Source of the DNA: Candidatus Latescibacterota bacterium
GTDB lineage: Bacteria; Latescibacterota; UBA2968
Assembly: GCA_965204375.1 (NCBI GenBank)
Contig: OZ241986.1
Location: 2,400,001 to 2,464,000, forward strand
DNA: 64,000 bases
Direction: 5' to 3'
This document shows, one piece after another, positions 1-9,687 of this stretch. Below the pieces are notes generated by a model. It worked only from the letters and a program-made list of their open reading frames with translations. It had not been told where the DNA came from and did no database searches. The translations under genes and the position numbers were made by a program. The number at the start of each line of letters is the position of its first letter. The stretch's first letter is position 1.

Positions 1-123
1 GGTATTATACCCCAGACGCAACAAATAGAGATTGTACAAAAGGGGATAAATACCGCCAAAAAGGACAAAACCAAACAGCGCATTAGCCGTTAAATAAAGG
101 CGCACATCGCGGGAAAAATGCAC
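1..123 (-). CDS. MFS transporter, N-terminal part (runs off window start)
   Basis: Manual translation from GTG at 123 (or in-frame TTG at 150) gives VHFSRDVRLYLTANALFGFVLFGGIYPLLYNLYLLRLGYNT, resembling an MFS TM1. Not in the ORF track. Confidence 0.5.
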   Translation of the reverse strand, partial: MHFSRDVRLYLTANALFGFVLFGGIYPLLYNLYLLRLGYNT

Positions 124-135
124 ATTTGAAAAGAG

Positions 136-218
136 GATCAGGATTTTCAAGATGAAAGGATTCTCAGGATAATAGGGTTAGTGGTCAGCGAAACAAGCGA
201 TCAGCGGTCAGCTATCAG
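136..218. repeat. Intergenic degenerate short tandem repeats (9-mer CAGGATTTT-like, then 7-mer TCAGCGG/ATCAGC-like)
   Basis: Seen directly: ggatcaggattttcaagatgaaaggattctcaggat, then gatcagcggtcagctatcag. Confidence 0.55.
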
Positions 219-244
219 ACCACCCAACCAGCCCCTCGCCTTTT

Positions 245-1471
245 TCATCTGCGTTTATCTGCGTTCATCTGTGGTTGCTTTTTCCATGCCGCGGGCAGAT
301 CGCCTTGCAGGAGTTCGCTTTGTATGCGGATATGTGCGGTATCTCGATCTGCTGCATGTGCGGCCCAAAAAGAGCTATCTCGCGTGGTCGCCTCTGGAAG
401 AATCACAATTTCCGGTCCTTCAAAAATTGCGGGGGGCAAATCCGTATTGAGATCATAGCGATAGCAACGCGTTGTCGCCTGCGCGGTATAATCGCGTGTC
501 TTAATCGTGCAAATTTGACGTTCGAGCAACCAGTACTCATTGAGATATCGCGTATTTTGTTGATAAACCTGCCAGTGATCTATGCCGCGCAATTGCAAGA
601 GCGCGGGAAAATTGAGACGCAGATCATACCCCACAAGCGAAAAATCATCGCGGGCGATCCACAAATCGCCGAGCAGACCCGGCTTGTGCCCGTGCCGCGG
701 CGACACACCAATGCGCGAAACGTGGAGATCGCCCACCTGCACTGTGGAAATGCGTTCATAGTGGTAGTGTTCAAGCGCGTCGGGAGATAGCGGATGCGGC
801 GCAATTTCAAAAGATTTATCATCTACAATACCCCGCGCAGGACTTTGCGTAAGCCCCGGAGAAACACTCAACCGCCATCTGCCCCAATTGCGTATGCCCG
901 TAATATGCTGCGCGAGACTATCGGGGGATTGGTGATAGCCTTTAATCGTGTATTCAATACCCGCAACAATTTCTTCTGTTTTGCGGTTAATCACCTTCTG
1001 GCTACTGTACGCATCAAATGCATAAGTATCCATATTTGCATAACCAGTGTGGAGATATTCAAAGCGGGTATTTGCGATCAAATGACGGACCAGATCGGTC
1101 GCAGAGTGCTCCTGCACTGTAGTTTCCTCGCGCAGGAGGACAGGGGCGGGTAAAAGTAAAAGTTCCAGCGTGGAGATCAAGCCGCGCGAAAGCACAAGCG
1201 TTGTATCCGATGGGGCATATCCCTGGCGACGTGCCTGGACGTGTGTGATCCCCGGCGCGAGTCCTTCTATCTCAATGCGCCCGTGTAGATCGGTAATGTA
1301 AACGCGGGGAAATTCGTCTGGTCGGCGGAGAACAACAGTGACGTAGGGCAGGCTTGCATCGGTATCGGCATCGCGACACTGCGCGTGAAGAACAGATGTC
1401 GAATCAGTCTGTGCAGACGAGATTGAGGGCCAGAGAAAAGCAGAAAAAAAAAGCGGCAAAAAGCGGATCAT
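245..1471 (-). CDS. Secreted protein with carboxypeptidase-regulatory-like domain plus DUF5686-like region
   Basis: Signal peptide MIRFLPLFFSAFLWPSISSAQ; LPYVTV...TD..G pattern of CarboxypepD_reg; ATG at 1471 overlaps the upstream stop (ATGA). Confidence 0.65.
   Translation of the reverse strand: MIRFLPLFFSAFLWPSISSAQTDSTSVLHAQCRDADTDASLPYVTVVLRRPDEFPRVYITDLHGRIEIEGLAPGITHVQARRQGYAPSDTTLVLSRGLISTLELLLLPAPVLLREETTVQEHSATDLVRHLIANTRFEYLHTGYANMDTYAFDAYSSQKVINRKTEEIVAGIEYTIKGYHQSPDSLAQHITGIRNWGRWRLSVSPGLTQSPARGIVDDKSFEIAPHPLSPDALEHYHYERISTVQVGDLHVSRIGVSPRHGHKPGLLGDLWIARDDFSLVGYDLRLNFPALLQLRGIDHWQVYQQNTRYLNEYWLLERQICTIKTRDYTAQATTRCYRYDLNTDLPPAIFEGPEIVILPEATTRDSSFWAAHAADRDTAHIRIQSELLQGDLPAAWKKQPQMNADKRR
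246..276. repeat. 10-bp tandem repeat (ATCTGCGTTC)x3, dispersed family copy 1
   Basis: atctgcgttt atctgcgttc atctgtggtt; the same unit occurs at 14207-14237 (reverse orientation) and 58797-58824. Confidence 0.8.
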
Positions 1472-2559
1472 TGTTTTTTGCCGCGCGCGAGAATATCCCA
1501 CACAACTTCGACGCGGTCATTGCGCGTGCCGTAAATTTGATCGTGCAAAAATACGGTCATGTCGGAATATCCGGAAATAAATTGAATTTTATCGCCAATT
1601 TTTAAATCGCTATTCGTCAGGCTGAGTAAAGCGTGTTCTGCCGCCAGGCCGGTTACGACAACATCTGTGCGATCTTTGACCTCGGGCAATGAGGGATGGC
1701 TACTCGTCGTCTTGCGACCGGCATCGGCAACTGCGCGGTCGGGAGCCGCGCGACTAATAACCGTGGTCAGCACGAAAAGCGCGTGTTCCAAACCGCGAAC
1801 ATGGAGTCCGTCGCGATAATAAGTATCCATAAAAATGCCCCCGCCAGCCTGTATCTCAGTAATGCCGGGAAAATCGGGAGTAAACGCGAGCGTACCCGTG
1901 CCGCCCGCACTGACAATACCGACGCGCAACCCCACATTCTCAATGAGATTGCGCGTCTTTGACAGTTCCCCTACCGCCTTCTTGCAGGCGGCTTCTTTGG
2001 CGGCATCATCCAGAGACATTGCATGGCCCTCGTAACCCATAATCCCCGCAAAAACCACACCGGGCGCGGCATCAGCTTGCTGTGCCAGCGCGAGGGTCGG
2101 AGCACCCGGCGGCACACCACAGCGTTTCATGCCGACATCTACTTCGATAAGCACGCGCACGTTGACGCCAACATCTGTGGCCGCGTCACTTATCGCTCGG
2201 ATATGAACGGGGTCGTCAACCGCCACCATAACATCGGCGCGGCGGCGCAGGTTAACCAGACGCGCGACTTTTTCTCGCCCGACAACTTGATTGGCGATAA
2301 GTATGTCCGAAATGCCGGCATCGGCCAGCACCTCGGCTTCACCGAGTTTGGCACAGGTAATGCCAATAGCACCTGCGCACAATTGTTTGTGGGCAATAGC
2401 GGGCGTTTTGTGGCCCTTGGCATGGGGCCGCCAGTGCAACCCGCTGTCTCGGCATCGAGCCGCCATCTTCTGGATATTATTTTCCATCTTATCCAGATCA
2501 ATGAGCAGCGCGGGCGTATCGAGTGCCTGTATAGATTGACCAATAGGAGAATAGGGCAT
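1468..2559 (-). CDS. DSD1-family PLP-dependent enzyme (D-threonine aldolase / D-serine dehydratase-like, fold type III)
   Basis: LDTPALLIDLD, RPHAKGHK (PLP lysine), GIMGYEGH, SAGGTGT, EIQAG, DAGRK; start trimmed to MPYSP. Confidence 0.85.
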   Translation of the reverse strand: MPYSPIGQSIQALDTPALLIDLDKMENNIQKMAARCRDSGLHWRPHAKGHKTPAIAHKQLCAGAIGITCAKLGEAEVLADAGISDILIANQVVGREKVARLVNLRRRADVMVAVDDPVHIRAISDAATDVGVNVRVLIEVDVGMKRCGVPPGAPTLALAQQADAAPGVVFAGIMGYEGHAMSLDDAAKEAACKKAVGELSKTRNLIENVGLRVGIVSAGGTGTLAFTPDFPGITEIQAGGGIFMDTYYRDGLHVRGLEHALFVLTTVISRAAPDRAVADAGRKTTSSHPSLPEVKDRTDVVVTGLAAEHALLSLTNSDLKIGDKIQFISGYSDMTVFLHDQIYGTRNDRVEVVWDILARGKKQ

Positions 2560-2570
2560 GATGAACCTTA

Positions 2571-2667
2571 CAAGTAAGAAGTGGGAAGTAAGAAGTGAGA
2601 AGACCTCCCAACACCGCCCCAAAGCGGTTGCCTTTTCACACTTCACATTTCACACTTCACATTTCTC
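2571..2667. repeat. Inverted pair of heptamer arrays (GAAGTGA/GAAGTAA-like and complementary TCACATT/TCACACT-like)
   Basis: aagtaagaagtgggaagtaagaagtgagaag, spacer, then tttcacacttcacatttcacacttcacatttctca; same architecture at 7609-7729. Confidence 0.75.
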
Positions 2668-3676
2668 AAAGATGAACATTGCTATCCCGCCACTCAGAAA
2701 GCGGGGGCAAGATACCGTCGCCAATAGTCTGGTCTCGCAACGCAGTCAGATGGGCGTAGGATTCGCGCAGGGCATTGATATCGTCTTCAGTGCCTTCGGG
2801 CATGGACCAGTTCACGCCCGACGCAGACAGGGTCACGGGCATAGCCATCATAATATGATCAAATTCGCCATCATTGAGATATGCACCGCAGGGCCAATCA
2901 TAAGACTCGCCCACCAGAACGCCGCGCAGCATAAAAACGCTTTGTTGTGCCGGCGACTGAAACGAAGAGCGGCCGCGCAGATCGATAATGCGAGCACCAC
3001 CCCCGCGCACGTGATCTTGAACACCCGCCCATTCATCGGCACTCATACCAACGCCATTAACTGTCTCTCCATTGAGGATATCGGTGAGAGGCGTACCGTC
3101 AATCTGAATACCGCCGATAAACACGGCCATCTGTTCGCCGTGCCCCCCGTACGTGCGGCAACCTGTAACTTTACTTTGCAAAATGTCGAAATGTTGTGCC
3201 AGTCGGGTTTGCAAGCGCGTGCTATCGAGCGCGGCGAGAGTCGTCACGCGCCCGGGTTCGAGTCCCGAATGTACCAGCGTGGTCAACCCCGTAATGTCAG
3301 CCGGATTAAAAATAATGATAACAAACTTACAGTTGGAACAATACTGTTTAATATCAAGACCGAGTTGTTTGGCAATTTCTGCATTGTCGCGCCGCAAGTC
3401 TTCGCGTGTCATGCCTTCTTTGCGCGGCGCACCCCCGGAACTGATGACATAAGAAGCTCCGTCAAGTGCTTTGGCAGCATCGGTTGTCCAGGTAACATCG
3501 GCATTGGGAAAACCGCAGTGATAAACCTCCTCGGCCGCGCCTTCAAGCCCCGGCGCAAAAGGATCGTACATAGATACGCGAGACGCCGTGCCCGAAGACA
3601 AGAGCGTTTGCGCAAGGTTAGAACCAATGGCGCCTGCTGCGCCCATTACAGCAACTTTTTCATCTGTCAGGTACAT
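2666..3676 (-). CDS. mdh: Malate dehydrogenase
   Basis: GAAGAIG Rossmann motif, APRKEGMTREDL substrate loop with MDH-specific Arg, NPAD, LDSTR, GGHG. Confidence 0.9.
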   Translation of the reverse strand: MYLTDEKVAVMGAAGAIGSNLAQTLLSSGTASRVSMYDPFAPGLEGAAEEVYHCGFPNADVTWTTDAAKALDGASYVISSGGAPRKEGMTREDLRRDNAEIAKQLGLDIKQYCSNCKFVIIIFNPADITGLTTLVHSGLEPGRVTTLAALDSTRLQTRLAQHFDILQSKVTGCRTYGGHGEQMAVFIGGIQIDGTPLTDILNGETVNGVGMSADEWAGVQDHVRGGGARIIDLRGRSSFQSPAQQSVFMLRGVLVGESYDWPCGAYLNDGEFDHIMMAMPVTLSASGVNWSMPEGTEDDINALRESYAHLTALRDQTIGDGILPPLSEWRDSNVHL

Positions 3677-3707
3677 CGATACTCCTCTTTCAGGTGAATG
3701 GATGGAG

Positions 3708-3735
3708 AAAACCCCGCACTTTTGTACGGGGTTTT
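3708..3735 (-). terminator. Intrinsic terminator-like hairpin
   Basis: aaaaccccg-N10-cggggtttt, downstream of the TPR gene. Confidence 0.65.
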
Positions 3736-3800
3736 GATGGTTGAATTGTTTATCTAAATACCCACTGTGGTTAGAACGAAACGCGACAGATCTATTACTC

Positions 3801-4982
3801 CTAATTCTGACTCTGAAGCGCCTCGTACATCTGAAATGCCTCAGTTGCTTTTTTTACACATTCTGCGGCAACATCGCCTTCTGAGACTTCGGATTTGCGC
3901 GCATAAACGCGAGATAACGCCGCCCATGCTCTGGCATTACTCGCTTGCAACTCGGTCACTTTTGTAAAAGCGTCAATAGCCCTGTCATAAGAATCTATTT
4001 TATCTGCGAGCAGGCCAAGCTGGTACCACGCATCGGCGTCAGTCGGATTTGCTTCAACGCTTTTTGCAAACAGATCGAGTGCTTTATCGCCTTTGTCGAG
4101 TTGCTTATACGCAATAGCGAGATTGAACAGCGCGTCCATATTATCGGGCTGTATCTCAACCACTTTTTCGAGAATTTCGGCAGATTTTTCGTAGTTCTCG
4201 GCCTGCAAATAAATGGTTGCGGCAATATTTAAAATTTTTGGATCATCACCGGCAATAGCCAGTGCTTTCTCCGCTGAATCCGCCGCGCCTTCTTTGTCGC
4301 CCAGTCGGTATTGGGCAATCGACATGTGCTGCAAAATATTGATTTCTTCGGGATCAATCGCGTGGCCCTTTTTGAACATCTCAAGAGCTTCTTCAATCCG
4401 TTCGACATTCATAAGCGCGCCGCCCAGATTGAAAAAGGACTGCGCTTTTTTGGGATTGAGCTCAATCGCTTTTTGATACATCTCAATACCCGCTTCTGAA
4501 TTGCCCGAATTGAGATGCGTAATAGCCAGCCCTTCATAAGCATCGGCTTCATTGGGATTAATCGTAATGGCGAGATCGAATTGCTCAATGGCAAAATCAA
4601 ACCTCTGGGCATTCATTCCCTTGACGGCCATGTTGTAATACCGCGTCCAGAGCTCTTTGCGATCAGCATCGACTTTCCTTTTCCACTTTCTGTCCGTTGC
4701 CAGATTATAGTGTTCATTCATCTCTTCAAAAAGCTCTTTCTGGCCGTAGAGCCAACCCAAATAATACTGCACCTCGGAATCGTCGGGACGTCCTTCCGCC
4801 GCGATCTGATACTGCTCCATCGCCTTATCGTATTGGCGCTGGTTGATATACAGCTTGCCCGAGCGTTTGGCTACTGAAGCCTGTCCTTTGGTCACTTTTG
4901 CCTCTGCGGTCTGTACGAATAATGGGGCCGCAGCAAAGGCCAGTGCAAGGACAACAATAAATCCGCGCTTAAAAAATGTCAT
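3801..4982 (-). CDS. Exported tetratricopeptide-repeat protein
   Basis: Signal peptide ending AEA; many tandem 34-aa TPR-like units. Confidence 0.85.
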   Translation of the reverse strand: MTFFKRGFIVVLALAFAAAPLFVQTAEAKVTKGQASVAKRSGKLYINQRQYDKAMEQYQIAAEGRPDDSEVQYYLGWLYGQKELFEEMNEHYNLATDRKWKRKVDADRKELWTRYYNMAVKGMNAQRFDFAIEQFDLAITINPNEADAYEGLAITHLNSGNSEAGIEMYQKAIELNPKKAQSFFNLGGALMNVERIEEALEMFKKGHAIDPEEINILQHMSIAQYRLGDKEGAADSAEKALAIAGDDPKILNIAATIYLQAENYEKSAEILEKVVEIQPDNMDALFNLAIAYKQLDKGDKALDLFAKSVEANPTDADAWYQLGLLADKIDSYDRAIDAFTKVTELQASNARAWAALSRVYARKSEVSEGDVAAECVKKATEAFQMYEALQSQN

Positions 4983-5118
4983 GGGAATTTTCCTTTCTCA
5001 ACGCAACCGGCGCGTTCCGGCAGCAGGTTAAATGACAATGTACGCTGCCAATATATGCAGTGTGCAAAATCCTGTCAAGTCTCTGCGCGAAGGCGCGAAC
5101 TGCACACCGCTATTGCCC

Positions 5119-5304
5119 TTATTGTTCCGACAGAAGCGTGCCGCCTCTCGCCCAGTGGTCGCGGGGAATATCTTCAATAACAACCATCGTGCCATCGGCT
5201 TTGGCATTGCAAATATTGACCATCGCATCGGTGATAGCTCTGGCGAGTTCGCGTTTTTGCTCGTGCGTGCGGCCTTCGAGCATTTTAACATTAATGAAAG
5301 GCAT
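5119..5304 (-). CDS. 4-oxalocrotonate tautomerase family protein
   Basis: 61 aa, catalytic N-terminal Pro, GRT.EQK, W..GG. Confidence 0.9.
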   Translation of the reverse strand: MPFINVKMLEGRTHEQKRELARAITDAMVNICNAKADGTMVVIEDIPRDHWARGGTLLSEQ

Positions 5305-5315
5305 TATACCTCCTT

Positions 5316-6650
5316 TTAAAAAATAATCAGTTCTGGACTTTGCAACCTGGGGATCGCGGGTTTGGATGCGCCAAAGGAAAAAGCAACCGGCAGGCTAAAG
5401 CCGCGGATAGTACCCAGAGTTCTATTATTTTCAAGATCGACAATAAAGACCTGCAAATTACCCGTTGTAGCAAAAGCGTCGAGTCTTTCGACTCCGGCGA
5501 CGTACACAGTCTTACCATCGGGTGTGAGACCGATACTGGCCACACTTTCACCGACAAAAATCTCGGCTGTTTGCCTCCAGGTTTGTGTATCGATAACCAC
5601 AATACCGCCCCAGAACGCGGGCACGGAATTGCCCAATGCATCAAAACCAAAAAAGAAACGACCGAGAGAGGCGACAAGGCGCGTGCCATCGGCGGAAAGC
5701 GCGATATCGCGGACTTCAACGCCCAGATCATTGGCCTGACCGAGTGTGAGACTATCCGCAATCGCTCTGGTACTGGTATTAACTTTGAGCACGCGGCCCG
5801 CGCGGGTATTATTGAGATAAAGGCTTTGTCCATCGGGCGAAACAGCCAATCGACTAACGGTTTGGCCCACAGAGATACTGTCGATCAGCGCTGGAATACC
5901 CGTATCAATAACAGACACGGCATTTGTCTCATTGCCGTGCCCAACGTAGAGGCGCGTGCCATCGTGCGAGATGGCAATACCGCTGGGCGTGAGCGGAACA
6001 TCGATGATGCCCAGAGACTGTCCGAACAGCACATCAAAGACTTCGACTGCCGCACCGGATTCTTCGGTCACGTATGCAAACTGGTGATCGGGTGAAAGCG
6101 CAATGCGAAACCCGCCTCGACTCGTGAATGCGCCGCCGGGTGCGATTGGCATTTCGAGCGAGAGTTGAAAGTCGGGCGTTCCATCTTCAGTAAATGCGTG
6201 AAAGGTATCGGTAGCAGCCACATAAAGCCGCTTATTGACATTGGAAAACGCGACACCCCGCGGAAAAGAGACGGGAATCGTCCGGTTAGGGTCGAGCAAA
6301 TTGGTCGAAATGTCAATAACGTGAATACTGCCAATCAAATCGCTAATATAAAGAAACCGAGGCTCAGGTTCTGCAGGTGGAGGTGGAGTCGTCGGACTTG
6401 AAGACCCGCCAAAAGCATTGACAAAAAGCAGAAAATCCGAAAAATCGATTGTACCATTGCCGTCGAGATCGAGTTTTTCATTGAAATCATCCTGACCGAC
6501 AGACTTGCCAAAACCCTGAGCAAACGCCAGAAAGTCAGTGAAATCAACAGTGCCATTACCATCAAAATCTGCCGACTTTGTTTCCTGGGCATTGAGCAAT
6601 GGGGCTGCTAAAATTAGTGTGAGAGACAATACAATCGCGGTATATTTCAT
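5316..6650 (-). CDS. Secreted dockerin/EF-hand-like domain plus YVTN/YncE-type beta-propeller protein
   Basis: Signal peptide; twin DFDGNGTVDFTDF / DLDGNGTIDFSDF Ca-binding loops; Pro-rich linker; SPDG..LYV and VSVID blades. Confidence 0.75.
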   Translation of the reverse strand: MKYTAIVLSLTLILAAPLLNAQETKSADFDGNGTVDFTDFLAFAQGFGKSVGQDDFNEKLDLDGNGTIDFSDFLLFVNAFGGSSSPTTPPPPAEPEPRFLYISDLIGSIHVIDISTNLLDPNRTIPVSFPRGVAFSNVNKRLYVAATDTFHAFTEDGTPDFQLSLEMPIAPGGAFTSRGGFRIALSPDHQFAYVTEESGAAVEVFDVLFGQSLGIIDVPLTPSGIAISHDGTRLYVGHGNETNAVSVIDTGIPALIDSISVGQTVSRLAVSPDGQSLYLNNTRAGRVLKVNTSTRAIADSLTLGQANDLGVEVRDIALSADGTRLVASLGRFFFGFDALGNSVPAFWGGIVVIDTQTWRQTAEIFVGESVASIGLTPDGKTVYVAGVERLDAFATTGNLQVFIVDLENNRTLGTIRGFSLPVAFSFGASKPAIPRLQSPELIIF

Positions 6651-6778
6651 AACATTTCCTTTTTTGAGAATACTTTATGATACATTTCACCGTTGAGGCT
6701 GTCAATCTGAATTGATTACATTTTGGGACGTTTCCCATTTGCTTATAGTTCCCAGTTCTGAATAAAATAGGAGATATT

Positions 6779-7564
6779 GTGTTACCCGATTATCCAATGA
6801 TTTTTTGGATTCTGGCTGTCATTTCTGTAATTTTTGTCGGTATAGCCAAAGCCGGGTTTGGCGGAGGCGTTGGCATTTTGGCAACGCCACTCATGGCACT
6901 TGTCATTCCCGTAGCAGATTCGGCGGCGATTTTGTTGCCACTCTTAATGGTTTGCGATGTATTTGCCGTTGCACACTACCGCAAGCATTTTCATCGGCGC
7001 AGTGTAAAATTGCTCTTGCCCGGTGCTGCAATCGGGATCGGTATAGGAGCATTATTCTTTGGATATTTCAGCGCGAATGAGCGCGTATTGCAACTCGGTT
7101 TGGGGATTTTGAGTTTATTCTTTGTGGTATTCCAGGCTTTGCGCGCAGTGATTACGGGCGCACTTACAAAGCGACACCCACACAGTGCAGAAGGCGTTTT
7201 CATGGGCGCAATAGCGGGCTTTACATCAACCATCGCACATGCCGGCGGTCCCCCCACAACCATCTATTTGCTTCCCCAAAAACTGCCCCGCGACCTCTTT
7301 GTGGGAACAACCGTAATTCTTTTTGCAGCGATCAATCAAATGAAATTAATTCCCTATTTGGGATTGGATATTTTGCGAGCCGAACATCTCGTCACAATCG
7401 CAATCCTATCCCCATTGAGCTACGCGGGCGTGAGATTGGGCATTTTCTTGAACAAGCGTTTCACAGACCACTGGTTTAATCTAATCGTCTATTCAATTCT
7501 ATTTATCGCAGGCGTGCAGTTGATTTCGGGCAAAAACTTAATTCAGTTGTTAGGCATTGTGTAA
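6779..7564 (+). CDS. TauE/SafE (TSUP) family permease
   Basis: Multi-TM; K.GFGGG.G, GFTS..AHAGGPP; GGAG RBS before GTG. Confidence 0.85.
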   Translation: MLPDYPMIFWILAVISVIFVGIAKAGFGGGVGILATPLMALVIPVADSAAILLPLLMVCDVFAVAHYRKHFHRRSVKLLLPGAAIGIGIGALFFGYFSANERVLQLGLGILSLFFVVFQALRAVITGALTKRHPHSAEGVFMGAIAGFTSTIAHAGGPPTTIYLLPQKLPRDLFVGTTVILFAAINQMKLIPYLGLDILRAEHLVTIAILSPLSYAGVRLGIFLNKRFTDHWFNLIVYSILFIAGVQLISGKNLIQLLGIV

Positions 7565-7608
7565 ACTGTAAAATTGCCCTATTTTTAAAAAATAAAGGAC
7601 CGGGGACA

Positions 7609-7729
7609 AAGAAGTGGGAAGGAAGAAGGAAGAAGTGAGAAAGCCGCTCAACCCTGCCCCAAATCTGTTGCTTAATATCGCACTTCTCCCTTCACACTTC
7701 CTACTTCACACTTCCTACTTCACACTTCT
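7609..7729. repeat. Inverted pair of heptamer arrays
   Basis: aagaagtgggaaggaagaaggaagaagtgagaaag ... cttcacacttcctacttcacacttcctacttcacacttc. Confidence 0.75.
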
Positions 7730-7740
7730 AGAGGTTGGCC

Positions 7741-8394
7741 ATGGCATCGCGCATCTGCTTTATACTGACCTGTCTCATTGCTTTTTCCGGGTGTTATACG
7801 CAACTTCGGGCACCGCGCGTTCATCGTGAACAACGCGCTGAATCCCCTGTCAAACCTTCTGAAGATTCTGTAAAGCGGTTTGAATATTACTACTACAATT
7901 ATTGCAATCCATCTCCTCTGCCATTTTACGAATCATACCATCCATATCGCCCGTACCGTCCATATCGGCGATATCCGCGATGGAACCGGCACCGCCTCAT
8001 CTGGAAATATTCGAGTTGGGCAAGCGTGTACGACCCGTGGTGGCGGGGGTGGTCGCCGAGGATTTTGGTGCCTCATATTGTATATGCGCCAGCGCCAGCA
8101 GTAAGACCTCAGATAGAACGCGAACAGGTCAATCCGCGTCCCCGTATCAGATACACGGGTGTGCGTGGCGAACCCGCATCGGCCAGCACAATTCGGTCGG
8201 GCAACACCACAACAGAAAGCACACCCACAACACAACCGGAAAACTCGCGCAGCACCAAAAAGGAAAGCACACAGCAAACTGGAAACTCGCGCAGCACCAA
8301 AACACAATCATCGGAAAAATCAAAAAAAGAAGAAAAATCTGAAAAGCGCGAAGAGAAGCGCTCAACGCAGCGCCGCAGAGGGGAGATGAGATAA
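7741..8394 (+). CDS. Putative lipoprotein with Tyr/Pro/Trp-rich middle and low-complexity tail
   Basis: Lipobox-like FSGC; PYRPYRPY repeat and a duplicated NSRSTK unit; coupled to the downstream OMP gene. Confidence 0.6.
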   Translation: MASRICFILTCLIAFSGCYTQLRAPRVHREQRAESPVKPSEDSVKRFEYYYYNYCNPSPLPFYESYHPYRPYRPYRRYPRWNRHRLIWKYSSWASVYDPWWRGWSPRILVPHIVYAPAPAVRPQIEREQVNPRPRIRYTGVRGEPASASTIRSGNTTTESTPTTQPENSRSTKKESTQQTGNSRSTKTQSSEKSKKEEKSEKREEKRSTQRRRGEMR

Positions 8395-9668
8395 TGTCCA
8401 AATATCTCTGTATCCCGACATTCGTGATTTGCGTCTTCGCGGTATCTATCCCCGCACAAGAAGTCGCTCTCGATAGCTTTTCTGGCATTGGTGCCCGCGC
8501 CATGGGCATGGGCGGTGCTTACATTTCCGTATCCGATGATTTTTCTGGCCTGTTCTGGAACCCCGCGGGATTGGCGCGGATTGAGCGCGGAACCGTAAAT
8601 TGGGGCGTTTCGCACGACCGCTTTCGCAACATATCGCAATTTTTTGACCACTCTTCAACACTCGAATTGCGCAGTACGCGCATTGCATCCCTGGGCTTTG
8701 TTTATCCCGTTCCCGTGTACCGCGGGAGTCTGGTATTCGCCGGAGGATTTGGGCGTAATCAAAATTTTGACGGGGGATTACAGATCGATGCGTATGATAC
8801 CATCGCCAATTTTGATAAAGCGGGATTTTCAAAAGACAAAGGCGCTCTCGGCGCGTGGACATTGGGGGCTGCAATTGATCTGATGCCGCGTTTGTCGGCG
8901 GGGATCTCGTTGTTTCGCTGGGGGGGAACCAATCGCTTTTTACAGGAATTGACCCTTGAGGATGTGCAGCGGGTACACGCCGACACCATCCGCATCTTCC
9001 AGCGTTTTGAATCTGAGGAACGCTATTCTGCCTGGGGCATCCAGGGCGGCATTCGGTATTGGCATCCCACGGGATTTCAATTTGGCATTGTAGCAACAGC
9101 GGCCACGCCATTGCGCGTATCGGCTGAGCTGGCGGATGAATTTGAAGACGAGTTTGAAGACCGCACAGATACCTATCCACGCGAATCTTTTTCGGACGCA
9201 TATAAAATTCGTCAACCCCTGACTTTTGGGATGGGAATTGGATGGTCATCGGGAGGGTTGACGGTGAGCGGCGACGTGAATTACGGCGATTTGCAAGAAG
9301 TGACTTACGAGATTTTGCCACTCAATATTGCACCCAATGTCGATGACTTCCGGCGGCAATATCGCAGCGCGGCGCGGCTGCACCTGGGATGTGAATACGC
9401 TATTTCGCCCTGGGGCATCGCGTTCAGAGGTGGGTACTATCGCGATCCGGTTCGCTATGTGGGGGGCGGCAGTGTCCCGGAAATACAGATTGAGACAGAC
9501 CGCGATGCGTGGACACTCGGTTTTGGCACTGAATTGGAAAAGGCTGTAACCCTGGATTTTGCCGCTGTTATTGGCGGCTACAAAGCCATTGAAGGCAATC
9601 GCGCAGATCGCGTACGTGCCGTGCGAGTACTCGCGTCGGCGCGTTTTTATTTTTTTACAGGACTTTAG
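8394..9668 (+). CDS. Outer-membrane beta-barrel, FadL/OMPP1/TodX-like
   Basis: GARAMGMGGA...D.S.LFWNPAGLA N-terminal signature; amphipathic strands. Confidence 0.75.
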   Translation: MSKYLCIPTFVICVFAVSIPAQEVALDSFSGIGARAMGMGGAYISVSDDFSGLFWNPAGLARIERGTVNWGVSHDRFRNISQFFDHSSTLELRSTRIASLGFVYPVPVYRGSLVFAGGFGRNQNFDGGLQIDAYDTIANFDKAGFSKDKGALGAWTLGAAIDLMPRLSAGISLFRWGGTNRFLQELTLEDVQRVHADTIRIFQRFESEERYSAWGIQGGIRYWHPTGFQFGIVATAATPLRVSAELADEFEDEFEDRTDTYPRESFSDAYKIRQPLTFGMGIGWSSGGLTVSGDVNYGDLQEVTYEILPLNIAPNVDDFRRQYRSAARLHLGCEYAISPWGIAFRGGYYRDPVRYVGGGSVPEIQIETDRDAWTLGFGTELEKAVTLDFAAVIGGYKAIEGNRADRVRAVRVLASARFYFFTGL

Positions 9669-9687
9669 AGATCTCAAAGGAGTTAGC

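Noticed and set aside
2558-3697. 379-aa plus-strand ORF and similar long shadow ORFs (e.g. 5340-6095, 8446-9321, 53088-53849, 62466-63056)
   Set aside because: Antisense to well-supported genes, with no recognisable motifs.
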